DNA of 64,000 bases. Origin: Octopus vulgaris (lineage: Eukaryota). The stretch lies in the NCBI GenBank assembly GCA_951406725.2, contig OX597815.1, positions 100,440,001 to 100,504,000 on the forward strand, given 5' to 3'. Positions within the stretch are counted from its first letter, which is position 1. The number at the start of each line of letters is the position of its first letter. The position numbers were made by a program, and so were the translations under genes. This document shows positions 1 to 11,474 of the stretch, one piece after another. The notes under the pieces were generated by a model, which had not been told where the DNA came from, did not search any database, and saw only the letters and a program-made list of their open reading frames with translations.

Positions 1-109
1 AATTATTTAAATGCTAACTTCATTCTTTGCAAAGGAAAACGTTTTTTTTAAAAAAAAAGGTGACAAGGAGTATTAGTTCAAGGACTTAAACACTAGTTAG
101 CACATTAAG

Positions 110-302
110 AGGTTGTTACTCAGACCCAAATGAGCTCTGATCCATCAGATCTGATGCAAATTGCTCCAGTCATAACCATTTTCCTAAGACTACACATCTA
201 TTGTATCCTTCCATTTTCAAGATAGCAATATATTCATTTATAGAGATTTGGCTGCTATTTTTCAGCGGGTCGATCGATCACGTAGAGGCTCCCTTTTGTC
301 TT
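110..302 (-). mobile_element. ~220-bp repeat, minus-strand copy (others at ~5150, 5420, 5938, 6245, 10203, 10378, 14370, 15640, 18780, 19089, 22035, 22185, 29575, 30095, 30232, 30530, 31060, 34515, 34625, 34745, 42715, 48320, 55150, 60695)
   Basis: + strand reads GAGATTTGGCTGCTATTT..CAGC..GTCGATCGATCACGTAGAGGCTCCCTT, the reverse complement of the ribozyme-like head. Confidence 0.8.
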
Positions 303-1762
303 TCAGATGAAATTTCAGTATTTTAATATTCATAAACATAAAATTAGCCATTTTGTATGTACATCCATAATTTTCCAGAATAAGAGGACTATATATTACC
401 ACTGACATTGAAAGCATTTGACGAACATAAGATTTCCTTTCGTCTACTTTTTAAAAAACTAGATTAAGTCTACTCGAAATGGTGTTTTGATTCGTCAACC
501 TCTTATTTATGATAATGATATTAAAATTATAAAAGTGACCTAGAATGGAATTAGTACAACACAGAATTTCAAGAAACATCACTTGATAAGAATAATTCTT
601 TTATGTTACTTCAAAAATAAACAAATCACGACATAATAATAGTTGAGATAAATTAAACTGTTAACAATTCAGTAATTAATAAATTTCAAAAAATAGGATT
701 TTAAAAAAGTCACTATATTTGACATTTCGGGAACATTCTTTAGAATCCAAAAGAATGACTGGAAAAATTTTTGCTTCTTAAATCAATTACTCAAAATGCT
801 GAGTTACGTTGGCCGAATCCGATTATTTAAACTTCTACGAACCGGAGGTGAAAATGAAACGTGTGACCTTAAAACTGCTGTCGTCCCAGTGAAGCCTTCT
901 TTATTTCCTAAGTCAATGGTGTAGACATAACCTTCTGTAAAAGGTGTTGCTTTCACCGAACAAAAAGGTCAAATGAGACAACAAACGCAGTAGGTCAGGT
1001 AGTAAATATACACATTTAAATCCTAGAATTATGTTGAAGGATAATTAAATATAATGACCACGTTCAGTAGAGTGAACACAGGAGTTGATGGCTGGTACAA
1101 TAACCAATAAGCAAACTAAATGTATAGGAGGAGTAGTAGAATTGTAAGATTGTTCTTTCATTTAGTGTCGTCAGTTTCGAAGACTTCCTGCCCCACTTCC
1201 ATCACCACCAGTAGTAACAAACTCAACAGCCATTATTTCATCTAGCATCAATATCTTAACATGCAACATATTAATAAAGGTCAAAACGCTAAAGTTGGTA
1301 CCTGCACGTGCAACTACAGAAGCAGCTATTTCTAACCTCAGCTGCTCTCTCATACAAACCAAGGGCACAACAGCTTACTAAGAAACAGGCATTCAAAACC
1401 TATTAGTAACCCACATTTAAGTGCTTAGTTTTACCTTCAGGTCACGGCAAAGCAGAAAAACGGATCTCGGAAAATGAAACAATATGAAACGAAATCTTTT
1501 TAAAACCCAGCCAACGACAGTTTTACATTTCCATACATTAAGAGAGATTAATACAAATTAATACCGAGTTGGCAGTTATTGATTACTGCACTAGCTGGAA
1601 AAATATAAATGTACCGATATTTTTGGTTCTTCTAATGGCCTCATTGAATGAAAATTAAAAATTCCGGGTTTTACAACCAAGCCTATTCCTACATTCCAAA
1701 AATATAACCTTTCCTATATCCTGAAAACTGTTCTAGACGAAAGAACATCGTCTTATATAAGG

Positions 1763-1827
1763 GAATCAACGAGGGAGCATCCACATTGCTGATCGTTCGA
1801 CCTGCTAGAAACCGCAGCCAATTTCTC
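1763..1827 (+). ncRNA. Putative HDV-like self-cleaving ribozyme (decayed copy)
   Basis: P2 GAGGGA(1771-76)/UUUCUC(1822-27); P3 GCA/UGC; L3 UCCACAU; J1/4 GA; P4 CUGC/GCAG; J4/2 CCAA(1818-21); P1 imperfect, GAAUCA/UGAUCGUUC. Confidence 0.55.
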
Positions 1828-1966
1828 TCAAATCACACATTCTACCGTCCAAAAAGAGAAAGGATACACTCGGCAATGCAGTCCTGGAGACACAAAACGA
1901 CGAGATGGTCACAACTGACACACCCTTGATCAAAGATTTGATTAGTGTCGACCTCGGGTTAAACAA
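1763..1966 (+). mobile_element. ~220-bp abundant repeat, representative copy with an HDV-like ribozyme head
   Basis: Consensus RAGCCAACAAGGGAGCCTCTACGTGGTCGCTCGACCTGCTAGAAATAGCAGCCAAATCTCCCTCAAATCACACC...GGATGGTCACRGCTGGAATG..TTTGATCATAGGTCTG..GACCTGGGGCTAAACAAC. No pol III A/B boxes seen. Same orientation at ~2553, 7470, 8670, 14150, 20070, 21958, 26960, 27212, 51668 and 59290. Confidence 0.8.
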
Positions 1967-2817
1967 AAAACTATAAACGAAAGGGAAGGTGTGACCTCTT
2001 GCCTACCAATCAATTTATATTCCAAACAATGTTCAATGAGGTAAATTTAGATATTAGTTGTGTTTTGAATCACCTTAAAGAATAACCTCTGTAGTCAGAA
2101 ATATCGATTTTAATCAAAGGTCTTTAAAAATAACGACATATTAAAATGATTATATAAGAACCAACAAAGGTTGTTTCAAATGCATCTCCAATTTCACACT
2201 GAATAGTGTCGGTAGACTTCTTAAAACCTTTTATACCCCGCATTCATCATAAAAGGGGCTGGTAAACAGAAGAATAGTTAGTAGAAAGTGTAAAGCCCCA
2301 ACGTGGAAGAGATTTATGGGAAATGAAGGAGTGAAAGAGAGATTCAAGGTATGCATGGTGCTTCAAAAACTGTGTCCGATGTGTCCTTGAGACAAGGAGT
2401 AACAGGCATAAGACAACCCAAGAGCACTGACAGATTTTTGTACAGATTTTTTTTTAGTATATATTTATATATATATATTCACATACAGACACGCGTATAT
2501 AGTTAAATCAGACAATATATAAATAGAGTAAGAGCATATCTGCTATATGAACGAGCCAATGGGGGAAGCCTCTATGCCGTCGAACGAGGTGCTAGGAATA
2601 ACAGTCAAATATCCTTCAAGTCATATCTTCACCTCTTAATGAAGGACACATTGAGTAACGTAGTCCAGGATATGTATATCCTGAATAAAGTCTGGGATTG
2701 TGATGATGGCTAGAATGCATTTCATAACTCTCAGTTCAATACTGACTTAGAACAAACTTAGAGGATTTGACCGAGCTAAAAAAAAAAAAATTTTTACATT
2801 TTAAAAATGCCTTTCTG

Positions 2818-2819
<2 letters not shown>

Positions 2820-2858
<39 letters not shown>
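2820..2858. repeat. (AT)n microsatellite (one of many AT/CA/CT arrays, e.g. 21527-21565, 37025-37066, 37380-37490, 51605-51656)
   Basis: Direct inspection. Confidence 0.95.
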
Positions 2859-2862
<4 letters not shown>

Positions 2863-4241
2863 TCTGAATTTATAAAGTCGAAAATACAGAATAATATGCA
2901 TGCATGTTGATGCATAGGTTCTATGTTTTAATGCTATGTACGAATGAATGTGTGTTAATGTTATGTATATGTTAATATGTACATACACGTGTGCTAATAT
3001 ATAATACATGCGTGTTATGTATGTGTGCAGAAACCTGTATCTTTCACCATGAAATATTCCACATTCTTATTAAAGTGCTATCATGAAATCCAATCTAAAA
3101 GTACATCTAACACTCAACCAATTCTCTCCTCCATCCACCTATTCCACGGAATATTTCAGTTCGGCGATTTTTAATTCCAAATAAGAAAAAAGACTAGATG
3201 GCTAGATTAAACGTTTCTCTGAAGATATTTAATATATGACATTGCTCAGGAAAATAAAACACTTAACATCATTAATAGAACATATTTGGCCATCTTTCGT
3301 TTAAATTTTCTTTTAATGTTTTGCGTGTAACATTTCATTAGAGAATTTTTACATGAAATGGATGTTTTCTAAATGTAGAAATTTTAGTTTATTATCAGAA
3401 ACTTTAAAAATAAAGCATATTTTAAATAATCCTTGTGTTTATGAGCGGTGTATGCAATTTTATAAATGAAGTTCCAGCTTTCAGAGATATGAAGAGACAG
3501 GGATAATTTGTGAATGTAAAGCACACATTGGTTTTAAATAAAAACTAGTGAAGTGTCAATGTGGCTGGAAGTATTAATAATTATATTTTACAAGATGTGC
3601 ATTTTCACACCCAAAATCATGCATGTCTAGTGATAAAAGCTGATCAATGATATAAATGAAGGAAGGACACGAACAATGGCTGACGCTTTCTTACGCTAAA
3701 CTAGACAGACCTTCACATGGTTCGACAGTGAAAATTTACAAGATCGTCACAATCACTGTCATGGTTAGATTTTGTAAAACATGATAAGATGAGAAGGAAG
3801 CTTCAATGAAAATACAAGTATGAAATGCAACAGAAGGAAATATATTTAAAAGTGAAGAGTGTAACGAGAAAGCAAGGAAGAGAGAGAGAGATAAAATAAC
3901 CAACCTTACGACTGCCAACGATGTAGCCTCTACGAACTTGAAGGTCAGAGAGAGAAAGAGCAGGATTGCGGATGTGCAGTTAGAAAATGACGACACTTCC
4001 CGAGCACTGAAAACGTAAATTGACTGCTAGCAATTAACTTACTGCTAAACGTTTCAAAACAGATATTTATTTTTTGTTTTATGTTTATATTATATGAAAA
4101 AAAATTTAAATAGATAAATAAAACTGGAAAAAAAATTTATTCGTTTATTAATTTTAAGAAAAAAAATTTCCCCCCTCCCTCAATTCTGTAGTATAACGGA
4201 CATAGAATTTATTTCCCGACAGCCTCTTGCATGACATAATG

Positions 4242-4254
4242 AGGTCAAAGGTTA
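4242..4254 (+). promoter_or_regulatory. Nuclear-receptor DR1-like element AGGTCA-A-AGGTTA
   Basis: 12/13 match to the DR1 consensus, about 100 nt upstream of the candidate start codon at 4357. Confidence 0.3.
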
Positions 4255-4356
4255 CAGAGACAATTCCTCTGTCGTCCCCTCCCCTTTTAAAAAGTCAGAA
4301 ATATGAATTGCTACTATGAAAACTCAGAAAGATAAAATGATTATTAGAAGGTAGCA

Positions 4357-4363
4357 ATGCCTG
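4357..4363 (+). other. Candidate coding end of a first exon (ATG CCT G|gtgagt), in frame with SMSr exon 46865
   Basis: Strong donor CTG|GTGAGT. Phase 1 matches the open phase-1 start xAT GAA TAT TTA AGA GAG ATG at 46865, giving [14 protein letters not shown]. In-frame TAG upstream at 4345-4347. Linkage over 42.5 kb is inferred only. Confidence 0.35.
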
Positions 4364-7300
4364 GTGAGTGATTATATATTTATATGCATATATATATATA
4401 GTATATTTATTTGATTGTTTAATTCTTGTAATCATAATCAATATTATCATTGATATGATAAATATATATATAAATTGTTAATTTACTCTGCCAATTCCAG
4501 TGTCGGATTCAAAGATTCTTGCAACGTGTTTCTTTCAGATAAACACTCCCATCACATTTATGTTGTATTAATATTTCACACACCACTCAACTATATTTTC
4601 CAATACGTTTGTCCCCCGTTACCTTAGAGATACGAGCGCATTTTTTTAAAATCTTTCTAATAATTATTTTATTTCGATTCCTACATAAAATATCTTTCTA
4701 AGTTAAAATATTTTTGTTTTAAACCAAAGATCCATTTTTAATACTGTTCTAATATCATTACTTTTCGTCTGCTTTTTTTTTATTTTGTCAGCGATCTTTC
4801 TAGAAGATCTGACTTTTGAAGCAATTACAGAAAATACTTCGCTAAAATATATTACAGTCAGTTGCTGTTGCTCCAAAGTAACTTTTAAGTAATAATAATT
4901 TCTTGCATAGGCACAAGTCCTGACATTTGAGCGGTAGGTACATTTGATCGAATTGTTTCTATCACTTTACTGATGTTGGGCTTACATCAGGTATCCCTAG
5001 AAAACTTTTCTTCTTTTTTTTTTCCAGTAATATTACGACGGAGTTTCGGATTAGAAATCTCGAGGAGAATACGCGATTCCTAATCCGAAATTCTGCTAAT
5101 ATTTCATTGATATAGGTAGGAAGATTGTTTATGTTATTATTTATCACCATGGTCGAGGTGACTTTTTGATCAAGGCATTCCAGCTATGACCATCCCGTTT
5201 TTTTAAGCATGTATCAATGAGTTCATATCTCAATGCTTTTTCCTTTTTGATAACCACGTGAGTTGGCTATTTGGCTGCTGTTTCTAATTTGTTATTTAGT
5301 GATGACGCAACATTTCTTTTACTTGCTTTCATTCAAATTGTCACAGACTGCTATTAGCACTTCTTGAAAACTGAACTTTTAATCTAATGTTTGTCCCATC
5401 ATTCTCTCGATTATTGCGTCTCTTGGACAACTTATTATCCAATATATTCTTCCCTTTTCAGTGCGGTTGGTGTGATTTGGGGGAGATCTAGTTACTATTT
5501 CTACCACGCCGTGCTACTACACAGAGGCAAGCTTCCCTGTGGTACTACTTATAATTGAAAATTGAATCAGCTTATAAAATACCACCTAATCCTGCAAATA
5601 CACTAGTCTAATAATAAATATATAATCACAACACTGTCAAATTTAATAGTCAGATTCTTGAAAGAAATGTATGAAATAGCGTATACGCGCACACACGTGC
5701 GAGTGTGTGTACCTTTAGTCCATTGATAAACAACTCGTAACCAGCCCAGTTTTTCACTTCTAGTTTGTAAGTTATTGATGTCGTTTAATATACATCACTA
5801 TTATCCCTGAAGGAGTGATGAACGCCATAGCTTATATTGCCCATTCTAATAGATTTTTTTTTTTGGTATTCTTTTGGTCTTCATTTTTCTAACGGAAAAC
5901 AAAAACTGCCAAGCCACTTTCATCTTGACGGGTGTAAATGTCGTTTAGCCAGCCCCAAGTCAACTGTGATCGAAGCAGACCCATGATCAAAGGTATTATT
6001 TCTAAAATGATGATATAGTCTTTTTAGAGTGAATCTACGTTGTTTAACCTCCTGTCAGTTCTATTCAAGATTTAAGATCAATGACGTTGCAGTTCCAGCT
6101 ATTCTGTTTTTATACACATCCAAAATTATATTGTACAACGTGTCCGAATTTTGGTTTTAATATGAATATTTGGCTGTTATTTCTAACAGGATGAGCCTCC
6201 ACAAAGAGGCTTCTTTGTTAGCTTCTGTGTTCCCTAGTTTAAGATTGTAGGATGTGAGTTGTGGGTGATTTGACAGCTATTTCTAGCAAGCTGAACGACC
6301 ACTTAGGGGTTCTCTCGTTAATGTGTGTGTATGTATGTATATATATACATACAGTAAAGAATACGTACACTCGGTGTTTAGGGTTAGGATGTTTGTTACG
6401 CCGAAAACAGGTGGTGAACGTATTCTTTACCTATGCAATACGATCAACTAAAATTATCCAAGTAATTAGTAAAACAAAAATTCCATCAAGAAATGTTTAA
6501 AATGTTGATAAAAAAGCACTCAGCAAGATCAATTTATAGTAATTTCTGAAGAAAGTAGATTAGAGTGGATCTGGTCTTAAAAAGTAACCGATGAACCACT
6601 GGATGTGTTTCGGTCTTATCAAGCCTCCTCGGTGAAACCTACTCACTTGGTAAGTTAATGTGGAATATCAGGATTGTAATGCCAAAACACGTTCGTTGAG
6701 CCACTATTTGGCTTTAAAGACCGGGGCCATTTCAAGCTGTATTGTCTAAAACAACGGTTCTCAAACTGATAAATACCACCCCCGCTCTAAAAATATTAGT
6801 GAAATTTTGGATCTGTTAAGTTTGACTCTCAGATTTAAAAAATTTTTTTTTTTTTAATCTTTCTCTCTCTTAGTTTATGAGAAGACAAAATAAAATTTGC
6901 ATCCGCATACTTTTCTTCGCCATAGTACTTGCCTTTAAAGCGTCTGAAATTAACTAAACAGTTTGTCCACTCCGTTTAATCCTCTCAGCTAGCACTACCA
7001 CCACAATTCAGAAGCACTGGGCCGAAAATTTCGATCAGCTGATCTTGTTGGATTTATTTCCCATATTTGTTTTTTAGATCTTTAAACAGCTTTCCATTGA
7101 TGGAGTTTTAAACTACTAATTGCTTAGATAATCTCAGTTGATCGAAAGTTTTCAACTCGCTGGCATGTGATATCCTTTCTTAGTATTTAGTACACATCTG
7201 ACTAAGGTTTACTCTGTGAGACAGACATTTGTAGGAGTTTATTTGTTTACACTAGTTGCTCATTTGTTTTAGTTTATATTGTAAACTTGCGAGACTGAAA

Positions 7301-7975
7301 AAGAAATAAATCCATCTTTTCGTTAAATCTATTGAACTTTAAAAAGAAAAAAAAAGGTTGCTGCCTCGATTCGCTATATCTTTTCATCGTACCACTGTTG
7401 ATAAATAAGTACCAGTTATATACTGTAGGTTTATAGAACTTACTCGACTCAAATAGTAATAGAATGCAAGCCGTACATGCTAGAAACAGCAGTCACTCAA
7501 ATCACATCCTACCGTCTTTAAAAAAAAATAATAATAATGGAAGGATATATTGAACAGCATTGTTTACGATATAAAAAGATAGAACTGGTGATGAGAACGC
7601 TTTCGTTTAACTATATATGTATAGGCCACTTTATGTACATCCCCCATATTGGTGATGAGGTGGGGTGGGGTTCATCTCCACTTAAACGTCCCTAAAGCGA
7701 AAGATCTCCATGTGTGTAAATTCCTTTTTGAAATAAAACTTTTATTTCTAAAGTAATAGTTTCTTATCAAACGAAATATGGTTACTGCAGGTTAAAGTTA
7801 CCCATAAAAAAAAACTGTAGAAGTTGGGTGGAAATGATAGTCCATATTTAATCTCAACAGTTAAAGATAATCATTTATCAGTTGTACTAATACGACAATC
7901 ACTCTTCCTACATGTCACATGTGTTGTTATCGTCAATTAGTCCTCTATTGCTGTACTTGTTTGTATAGGAACGCT

Positions 7976-8182
7976 TATATAAAAAAAAAACTCGCTTCTA
8001 TTCAGTCGCAATTAGTAACTCAGTTTAATTTAGTTATCATTGGAAGTGTCAAAGTACTTGTTTAGATATAACTTGAATTCACACTTCACTTTTACGATTT
8101 GTAAAAAAAATAGTCCGAACTATTTAAGAGATTAATATTGTGGAATAATTTATTTTGTGCTATACACGGGAAAATGGTGAGT
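7976..8182 (+). promoter_or_regulatory. Candidate TATA + Inr core promoter and first exon (~8004-8176)
   Basis: TATATAAA at 7976-7983 and TCAGTC initiator with A at 8004 (28 nt after the first T of the TATA). Consensus donor ATG|GTGAGT at 8176/8177. Lies in the CpG-retaining part of the window. Confidence 0.4.
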
Positions 8183-9198
8183 AATAACTTCGATCGATCC
8201 TGTATGATTCATATTGGATATCACTTATACTTTCAAGATGAATGTTTTGTTTTCAACGTATTGTTAGCGAATATTGGTTTCAGTACTAGAAAGTCTCTTA
8301 TCCCAATCAGTATATAGATACCTTATGCTTTTATTTTCCCTATCCAACTTTTGAGAGAGAAAAAAAACCTTAATGTGCTCGAGCCAAGTGAACTTCTATG
8401 CCAGGGATCAGCAATTTCTTTTTGTAATTCCCCGCTTTTTATTTTTTTTTTTATCACATCAACCCATAGCTCACATGTATATCTTGCATTTAAAAATATC
8501 CCGCGCATCTACCCCCCTGCCCTACTTCCACTTTTATTTTCTGGTCATGCCTCTGTAAGCAAAAATTACAAAAGTCATGCAAAAAAGAAATGAAAGCCAC
8601 GAACTGTTCAGTGGTCCAGAAATACACTAAGTTTGAGAAGTTTTTAAGAAAAGTTCTGTTGCTAACCCCACTCTACGCAGCCATCTGGCATTCAAATATA
8701 ACATCCAAATCACACTCGACCGCCTTGCATAAAGGGCAAGTTATATAATGTTTTACTAACTTCAAAAAACGAGATAGTCGTGATTGAAATGCTCTTAATC
8801 AGGTCTACTCTGTCGTGGTTGACCTGTTGCTAAACAACCACCTTAGTTTTGCAAATATAGTTATGTTGTCATTTCCCTCGCCAATTCCTGCATTAAATAT
8901 GTTAAATACTGACTTAGCTACTATTTTATTTCTCTTTCGTTTTGGAGTTTAACTGAATGACCAGTATTTCTGACATTCATAACAATTATTTGTTTACGAG
9001 AGAGAAGTAATAACGTTTTGCGTATATGTGTGTGTTATACATCTATGTCTGTGAATGTATTTGTGTGTGCATACTGTTAGATCTAATTACCATTTATCTA
9101 AATCTTGATAATATACCCATCTTTATATGCATTTTAAAACTAATCTTATTTATGAGAGGAGCACTTGGTATTCATCGCCCGCATAAGTGTTTGCTTTC

Positions 9199-9222
9199 TC
9201 AATGGTGATGCTTTGTCCTATA

Positions 9223-9291
<69 letters not shown>

Positions 9292-9432
9292 ATGGTGATG
9301 CTTTGTCCAATATGTGTGTATATATATATATCAATGGTGATGCTTTGTCCAATATGTGTGTATATATATATATCAATGGTGATGCTTTGTCCAATATGTG
9401 TGTATATATATATCAATGGTGATGCTTTGTCC

Positions 9433-9465
<33 letters not shown>

Positions 9466-9639
9466 CTCAATGGTGATGCTTTGTCCTATATGTGTGTGTA
9501 GATTAATCAGCCGAAATTGCGAAGATGATCTGGTTCTTGACTGATGACTGAGAGCTTCGAAAGTCCCGTCTGTGTGTTTTTTTGCCGTCTTCAAAATGTT
9601 TCACGTTCTTGTCCCAGTTTGTGTTTTTTTTAACGTTTA

Positions 9640-9674
<35 letters not shown>

Positions 9675-9706
9675 ATGGTGATGCTTTGTCCTATATGTAT
9701 ATATAA
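9199..9706 (+). repeat. Compound minisatellite: 7 x TCAATGGTGATGCTTTGTCC(T/A)ATATGT.. separated by variable (TA)n, with an unrelated ~140-bp insert before the last unit
   Basis: Units start at 9199, 9289, 9331, 9373, 9413, 9467 and 9672. Confidence 0.92.
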
Positions 9707-10860
9707 TTTGCTGAGAGGCTTTAACTTCCTCATGAAAAATAGTTATTTATCCTCTCCTTACCCCGACATGCACTCTATTTAAACTAATAACTATAAGCTC
9801 GTACTATATACTGTGAAATTGTAGAATCTGGAAGAACTACTGACGTTCTGCGTTTGCAAATAGGAATATAAATAAACTCAAAAGTGGAACTGAATTTTAT
9901 GCTGCAAGATTCTAGTTGAATCATTTGTAATAATATGAGTGTTAAATGTTGGTCAATTTAGAAATACCAGTTATGAATTTCTCCACTTTTTACTTCAGAT
10001 ACAAAGAAGTTTAACAGAAGTATTGTTGTTGTTGTTACTGTTGAGTAACGTCTATCAATCTTGCTTGAACTGATCAAACAGTAAAGAGGCAGCTGATCAA
10101 CTGTTAGGAAATAATCGATCGGTTGGTGTAGCAGCCTAGATTCAGTATGCATTTTTCAGTTGTCTGGAATCACGTGGCATTCACTCACCCTACAGCATTT
10201 AGCTGTTGTTGCTTAGCCCTAAGGCATATTGAAACGTTCCAGACAAGATCATCCCCCGCTTGTGTTTCAAATAATTAATTCGGGACTACAATATTCAATG
10301 TGTGGCTTGAGAGAAAACCGGCTGCTCTTTCAAGCAGATCAAGCGACTGTGTAGTCTTTTTCCTTGATTTCATGCAATGTTTAATCTAGAGTCAATCCTG
10401 ATGGAGTGGACAGAACTATGATTAAAGGCCGTCCTGACTATACAGTCATTTCTTCTAAAATACTGTACTCTGGACATGATTATATTGTGTGCCCTTTAAT
10501 AAGACGGTAGGGCGTGGTTTGTGAGGAATTTTTATTTAGTTTGGTGCTGAAACTATCCCCACATTTTTACGACGATAACTGACATAGATAACAGTGAGTT
10601 CTTTTCAGCGCGTGGTAGTTTACTTAATTTGTTGAATCTGTTAGTGTCGGATGGGGTAGCACACACACACACACCGCGGAGTTTGGATTTAGTGTTGTGT
10701 TTACGATAATTGAGTGCTTAACGCATCTATTTCTTCAGTGTTATGAAGATTTTAACGTGTTAGATTCTATCTTATTATTGTTGGCTGGTTATTAGAGTTT
10801 TGGTCGCATTAGCATTTACGATAATTAAGTCCACAATGAGCTTAGAGCGGAAATTATATT

Positions 10861-11474
10861 TGAAACGAACTTAGTGTGAGTGTCTATCCTCGTGGACTTT
10901 TGGGGTGCACAAAGCAATCTCTCACTAGCCGTTACTTTAATAATCCAGAATTCTACAAGTCAGAAACAACAAGACGCAGACGACAAATATATATATATAT
11001 AACTACTTTATTCTCTTTCTTGGTAAACAATAACAATAAGTGTGTTATCTGATGTCCTTGATTCTGGGCGCGCAAGGCTGAAAGTTCATAGATTGTAATA
11101 TTTACAATGTCCAGCCGATGAAAACAGAAAGGGTCCAAGATGGCGTCGAACAATGGAGACGATGTTGGTCTGCAACAATTTTGGTTAAAAGTCTTCGGCC
11201 AAAGGACTGCTAGAATCTAATCCTGACGGAGAGAATATATGCGTGACCGCCGCCTTCAATCGCTGGGTCCCAAGTCACCGCTTGCTGGACGCTAGCGGTC
11301 AAACGTTCTACGACCCCCTTGCCTCGCTAACTGCTACGTAGGCAATAGGGTCGTGCTACCGGTGGTTCGCGCATGCGCGAGAGGGCCTTCCTTTCTGTGC
11401 CTTGGTAAAGGCACCAACACGCGCGAAATACAAATGGGCGGTGCGCGAGCGCGCGCCGTTGTCGGATCACTACA
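10861..11474 (-). repeat. 3' LTR (614 bp)
   Basis: Preceded on minus by the PPT GGAGGGGAGCC (11475-11485). Contains palindrome TCGCGCATGCGCGA (11367-11380), YY1-like CAAGATGGCG (11136-11145) and a minus-strand AATAAA (11007-11012) followed by a GU-rich tract. Confidence 0.93.

Noticed and set aside
1166-1381. 71-codon open frame after an acceptor-like tttcatttag (mirror of ORF 1171-1368)
   Set aside because: No recognisable homology or partner exon; cannot be supported as a terminal exon without transcript data.
2818-3009. YIYI/CVCV/HTHT/LSLS-rich ORFs here and at 9150-9782, 21346-21827, 37321-37556
   Set aside because: Translations of microsatellites.
3640-4020. Purine-rich exon-like block ending at AAC|GTAAAT
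   Set aside because: Stops in all + frames, a weak donor and no homology; it could be UTR but is unsupported.
9199-9499. CRISPR-like repeat/spacer appearance
   Set aside because: The spacers are just (TG)/(TA)n, the context is eukaryotic and there are no cas genes; it is a minisatellite.
9541-9570. CTGATGA-N11-GAAA hammerhead-like core
   Set aside because: Stems I, II and III do not pair convincingly.
10953-11153. Duplicated 66-aa ORF (also 13115-13315)
   Set aside because: It is duplicated only because it lies in the LTRs, spans a TA microsatellite and has no protein features.
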